From Cyanophora paradoxa CCMP329 (Eukaryota; Plantae; Glaucophyta): a stretch of 64,000 bases of DNA. The notes below the pieces were generated by a model that saw nothing but the letters and a program-made list of their open reading frames with translations, was not told the DNA's origin and made no database searches. Both the position numbers and the translations under genes were made by a program. Of this stretch, positions 59,809-64,000 are shown in pieces (position 1 is the stretch's first letter; each line of letters opens with the position of its first letter). The stretch spans positions 62,001 through 126,000 of the forward strand of contig QPMI01000411.1 of assembly GCA_004431415.1 (NCBI GenBank), in the 5' to 3' direction.

Positions 59809-59965
59809 TCAGGTGTGCCTTGCAGAGTGAGGCTGAGGGCTCGAATGCGTGCGTGGACGTCGCACGCGACGGAGAGACGAAGATCCGATATCGATCCAGC
59901 CGGGAGGCCACTAGTCTTTTATGTACACGCGTACGTCAGGGCGCCGGACGCCCTTCGATTCGCCC

Positions 59966-60411
59966 TCACTTGCTCTTGGTCGCGCCGCCCATGACGCCAG
60001 AGCCGGCCGCCTTCGCCTCCTTCTTCGCCTTGTCCGCCGCCCGCTGCCGAAGCGTGAGCGGAGCGATCGAATGCGCGATGCGCATGCGCGTGCGGACCTT
60101 CGCGTCTTTCGCCTTCCCTCCCTTCGGGGCGTTCATTACCGACTTGCTGTTACTTTTCGGCTTGTACTGCGGAGCGAAGGGATCGCGAGTCAGCCGTCGA
60201 ACGCGAGGGGACGGGCCCAAGGGACAATTTCTTCGCGCCCTCGTCCCCCGGCGAACGCTAGCGTCCGGCGCGCGTCCCTCGCGCGTATGTGCTATTTGAG
60301 GCGCAAACGCGCGAACTATCCGACGTCCCAGCGCGTCGGCACGTCGGATACGGCAGCCAAAAAGCGGCGGGCAGGCGTCGATGAGGAACGCACCTCTTCC
60401 TTCGGCGCCAT
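59966..60411 (-). CDS. 54-aa lysine-rich microprotein (3 exons)
   Basis: Exons 60411-60394, 60166-60098 and 60043-59966 have GT-AG introns with ctgac/ctcac branch motifs. They give MAPKEEYKPKSNSKSVMNAPKGGKAKDAKRAADKAKKEAKAAGSGVMGGATKSK. Confidence 0.75.
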
Positions 60412-60762
60412 CGTGCTGTGCGATCGAATGCGTGTGCTGCGGATCGCCGGGCGAGGCTGCTACGATCGCTACGAGAAACGGGAATCTACGAGGCTGTACT
60501 CAGACAAGTGGCCAGGCAGACTGTACCCACCCCCAGCTGTGATCAGTGTGATGGCAGTGTGATCAGTGTGAGGGCGCCTCCCTACGTCAGCTGCAGCATG
60601 GCTTCCAGCGGATTTCCAGTACGTCAGCGATGGCGGCCTGCTAAAGCGGGCGAAGAGCGCGCATCGAAGCCCAGCCGACGTGCCGGAGCGAGCCGCAGCT
60701 CCAGCTCCGTTCGAGCCGCAGGGCCCGAATCCAGCGGATCGCGGTCGCAGCGCCTTTCATGA

Positions 60763-61406
60763 TTGAGAGTGTGTGGAGCGTCGGCGCTCGCCGCGCTCCG
60801 CGGACGGCCCCTCCGGCTGCTCGAGGCCCCCCCCGCCGAGCGGCCCCCGCCCACGTGCACGCACCCCTACGTCGTGATCGTCGAGCTCGAGGGCCAGGCC
60901 GGCGCGCCCGCACCCCGCCCCCCCTCGCCTCTCATCGTCCTCGAGCTCCTCTGACGCGCCGCCGCAGGCGTCGGGAAGACGTGCATGGTCGACAAGCTGG
61001 TCGAGCTCGCGCGGCCCGCGAGCTCGCCGCCGTCGCGAAGGCGGCCGGCGCGGTGGCGCACGGCGCGGCCGTCCAGGCGTACTTCGAGGGGCGGGCGCTC
61101 CTCGAGCTCTGGCGCGGGCGGCGGGCGCAGGCGGCGCGGGCGTGGCGCGGCGGCCTGCGGGCGGCCGAGCGGCACGGCTGCGCCCTCGACGCCGCGGCGA
61201 TCCGCGTCTGCCTCGCGTCCCTCGAGCCGAAGGGCCCGCGCCGGGCGGCGGCCCTGGCGCCCGCCTGCGAGGCGCTGGAGCGGGCGGGGCTCGTGGCACC
61301 CGCCGCGTGGGCCCGCCGCGTGGAGGCCGGCGCCGCCCCCTTCGGGCCGGAGACCCTCCGGGGGGCCCCCAGCGACGGGCCCGACTCCCGCTCTGTCAAC
61401 AGCTGA
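60763..61406 (+). pseudogene. Internally deleted STAND-like (AAA_16-type P-loop plus TPR tail) gene relic
   Basis: Removing intron 60902-60967 gives YVVIVELEGQAGVGKTCMVDKLVELAR. The frame then switches near 61012 to a helical tail (AYFEGRALLE..AARAWRGGLRAAERHG..DAA). No Walker B; start unclear. Confidence 0.55.
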
Positions 61407-62011
61407 GGGGGGTACGCGCACGGTGCGAGGGGCGGACTTTTTGAAGGCCGAAGCTTAAGTCAACGGGTTGATTCTTTTATTTGCAGTCTCTTTTATTGGC
61501 CCTCGCCTGGTCGTTGTTCTACCCGCCGCTCTGCCGCGGCGCAGCTTCTTCAAGTGGAGCTACGGCCCCGAGGCCTCACTGCCTCCTTATTGCAGGGCCT
61601 GTTCGACGTTGGTGCCGTATTTTAGTTTTCGCGCCGCCGCTCTCCCGTCACGCGCAGCCAGCTTATCTAGATCTTATCAAGAGTATGATATCGGTTTCAA
61701 GCCCTTGAAGTCTCTTTGCGTGTTTGCCTTCAGGAGTCCGGGTTTCTTCAATGCCTGTGAATGCCTTCGAATTCGATGCTCGCGGAGAAGTTCAAGCAAT
61801 CTCTAGATCTAGATCCTGCCCACGCGTACGTGGGCTAGGGCCGTGGGCCGCGGCACCTGGGCTAGGGCCGAGCTATATATACGTGTAGATAGGTATCAGA
61901 ATTAAATTTTGAAAGCTGGCAGACGAATCGAATCGAAGCGGAAGAAGAGAGAACACGGGCGCGCGAGGGTTCTTGAGCTTGCGCCCGCGCGGCCGGGGGG
62001 GCCGGCTGGGG

Positions 62012-64000
62012 CTAGTGGGCGATGGAGGGGGCGGCGGAGGGGTGGAGGCCGCCCCGGGCGACCTCGAGGAGGGCGCGTATGGAGGCGATGCGCGGGTGCG
62101 CGTCGGTGAAGCAGAGCGGGAAGCGGCCCTGCGACGGGGCGAGTCGCTCCCTGGATGGAGGCGAGCGGGCGGCCGCGGGGGGCGCCGGCCTCTGACCTGA
62201 AGGAGGGCGATGGACTCCTCGAAGCACGCCGCCGCCCTCTCCCGCGCCCCTGCCCCCGCCCCGATCGCCCCGCCGCTCTCTAGGGGGGGGGGGGGGGAGG
62301 GGGGTACCGATGATGAGGTAGCACTCGCCGAGGCGCATGAGCGCGTGGCCCCGCAGCGGCGTCTCGCTCGCCCCGTCCGTGATCTGCCCCCGCCCCGCAT
62401 CACCACGGAGGGCAAAAATAAGGGGAGGGGCGGGGGGACGCGGGGGGGGGGGGGGGGCGCCGAGGGGAGGGAGGGGGGTACCTTGATGAGGACGAAGAAG
62501 GCGCGGAAGAGGCGCACGGTGTCGCGGCAGGAGCGCCCGGGGTACTGCGGCATGCTCTGCCGCATGAACCTGCCCCCGCCCGCCCCGGGAGGCTCGCACG
62601 GGCAGCTGGATTCGAGGGGGGCCCTGCCGGAAGGCGGAGGCGAGGGGCGGCACCTGGAGATGTAGAGGACGTCCCTGCGGGGCGGGGGGCAAGCGTCGGG
62701 CGCCCGCACCTGGGCGCGGAGGGCGGGGGGGGGAGGGGGCGGCGGGGGCGCGCGCGCACCAGTAGTGGGAGTTGACGCCGCAGGTCTCCTGCGCCCCGCC
62801 CCGCCCCGCCCCGGCGGCCCATCAGCGGGGGCAGCGGACAGCGAGATCGAGAGCCGCTGGCGGGGCCTTGCCAGCGCCGGGGCCGGGGCCGGGGGGACCT
62901 TGAGGAGGGTGAAGATGAGCTTCCAGTCCTGCGCCGCCGAGGCGAGCCGCTCCATCCGCAGGCTCGCGTACATCTGCCCCCCAGCGCCCCGGCGGGTGGG
63001 TCAGCCGGGGGTCCAGGCCCTCGGTTCCTGCCGGCTGTGCGGGGGCGGACGCGGTACTGGAGGGTGCGGATGGCGAGCTGCCGGTACTCGGGCCCCGTGG
63101 CCGACGCCCGCTGCGCGAGCTTCGGCCCCTCTCGCCACGCGCCACGGAGAGGGGCAGGGGCACCTGCCAGGCCTCGATCCCGCGCGTGGCGTACCCCGCC
63201 GCTTCGGCGAAGCGGTGCCGGAGGAGCTCCAGGGCGCCTGCGGCCGCGGCGAGCGGGCGGGGCGGGTCGGGGGCCGGCTGGGGCGGGGCCGGGGCCGGGG
63301 CGGGGGCGGCGCACTGAAGCCCTGGTAGCAGACGGCCTCGTCCCGCGCGTCCTCCGCCCCCTCCTCGAACCTGCCGGCCGCCGCGTCGAGGGCACGAAAA
63401 TCGCTGGCAAGGCGCAGGTTCGAATCCGTCGGCGCCGCACCAGTAGACCTTGCTCGCCATGTCCCGCAGCAGGGAGACGCTGCTCGGGACCAGCACTGCG
63501 CCCCGCCGTGAGGGCGCGGGAGGAAGAAGCGAGGGCGCCCGGCGCGCACCGACGAACGAGAGCAGCGTTGCGATGACCCTGAGGGAAGACGCGGTTGGGG
63601 TGAGAGGGGGGGGTGGAGCTGCAAGGGGAGGTAACAAGCGAACCGAGTCTCCAGGCGGCACGGGCTGAGCTGCCTGCACCTCGGAGTCATGATCGGCGGG
63701 CGGCTTCGGGCAGGGCGGGCGGGGGCAGCGGGCGGGGGGCGCGGGGGCAGGCGGGACGCACCGGCGGATGAGCTCGCTCCAGGCTTGCCAGAGGCCCTCC
63801 ACCCCGCTCCCCTGCCGCCCGTGCTGCCAGCGCCGGCCGAGGGCGTCGGCGCGAGTCAAGCGCGAGTCAAGCCCGAGCCTCTATCTGCCTGCGAGCTGCC
63901 CGCACCATGAAGTCGAAGACGCCCTTCCGCACGAGCCACTCGATGTGGAGCGAGGCGATCTGCCGCGCAGTCGGACCCGGGCTCGCGCAAGGGAGCGATT
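62012..64000 (-). CDS. Helical-repeat (TPR-like) protein, 3' part; extends beyond the window
   Basis: Many short exons with local-consensus introns: RFAEAAGYATRGIEAWQ, RGHALMRLGECYLII, RERAAACFEESIALLQ. TAG at 62012. Confidence 0.55.

Noticed and set aside
59555-59830. ORF with AEPESR-type peptide repeats
   Set aside because: All frames are open across a minisatellite with 16-nt units that break frame periodicity, and there is no splice or start context.
1-64000. Hundreds of long overlapping Arg/Pro/Gly/Ala-rich ORFs on both strands
   Set aside because: Expected from very high GC with few stop codons and short introns. Spliced models explain the real coding signal.

Overview
This is eukaryotic nuclear DNA, very GC-rich and intron-dense, so most ORFs in the six-frame track are read-throughs of exon/intron mixtures. 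Manual splicing recovers about 17 protein genes or gene relics and one tRNA-Ala(UGC). They are: two TmcB-like multi-pass receptors (one with 5 PAS domains), a TrhO/STR8-like rhodanese, a CFAP52-like WD40 protein, three F-box/LRR genes, a 4-TM protein, a TrmH/MRM1-like methyltransferase, ARL3, a TM/coiled-coil/TPR protein, a stand-alone GAF protein, citrate synthase, a UMP-CMP/adenylate kinase, a divergent NRT2, a 54-aa Lys-rich microprotein, a broken P-loop/TPR relic and a partial TPR-like gene. Cilia genes plus Phe-type (AFV-like) transit peptides point to a flagellated primary-plastid alga, most plausibly a glaucophyte (inference). The most striking system-level signal is the splicing code. 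By manual count about 30% of donors are GC, the donor consensus is G[T/C]NCGC, there is often no polypyrimidine tract, and intron ends are often mutually complementary. Exon boundaries were inferred by eye, without RNA data or database searches.
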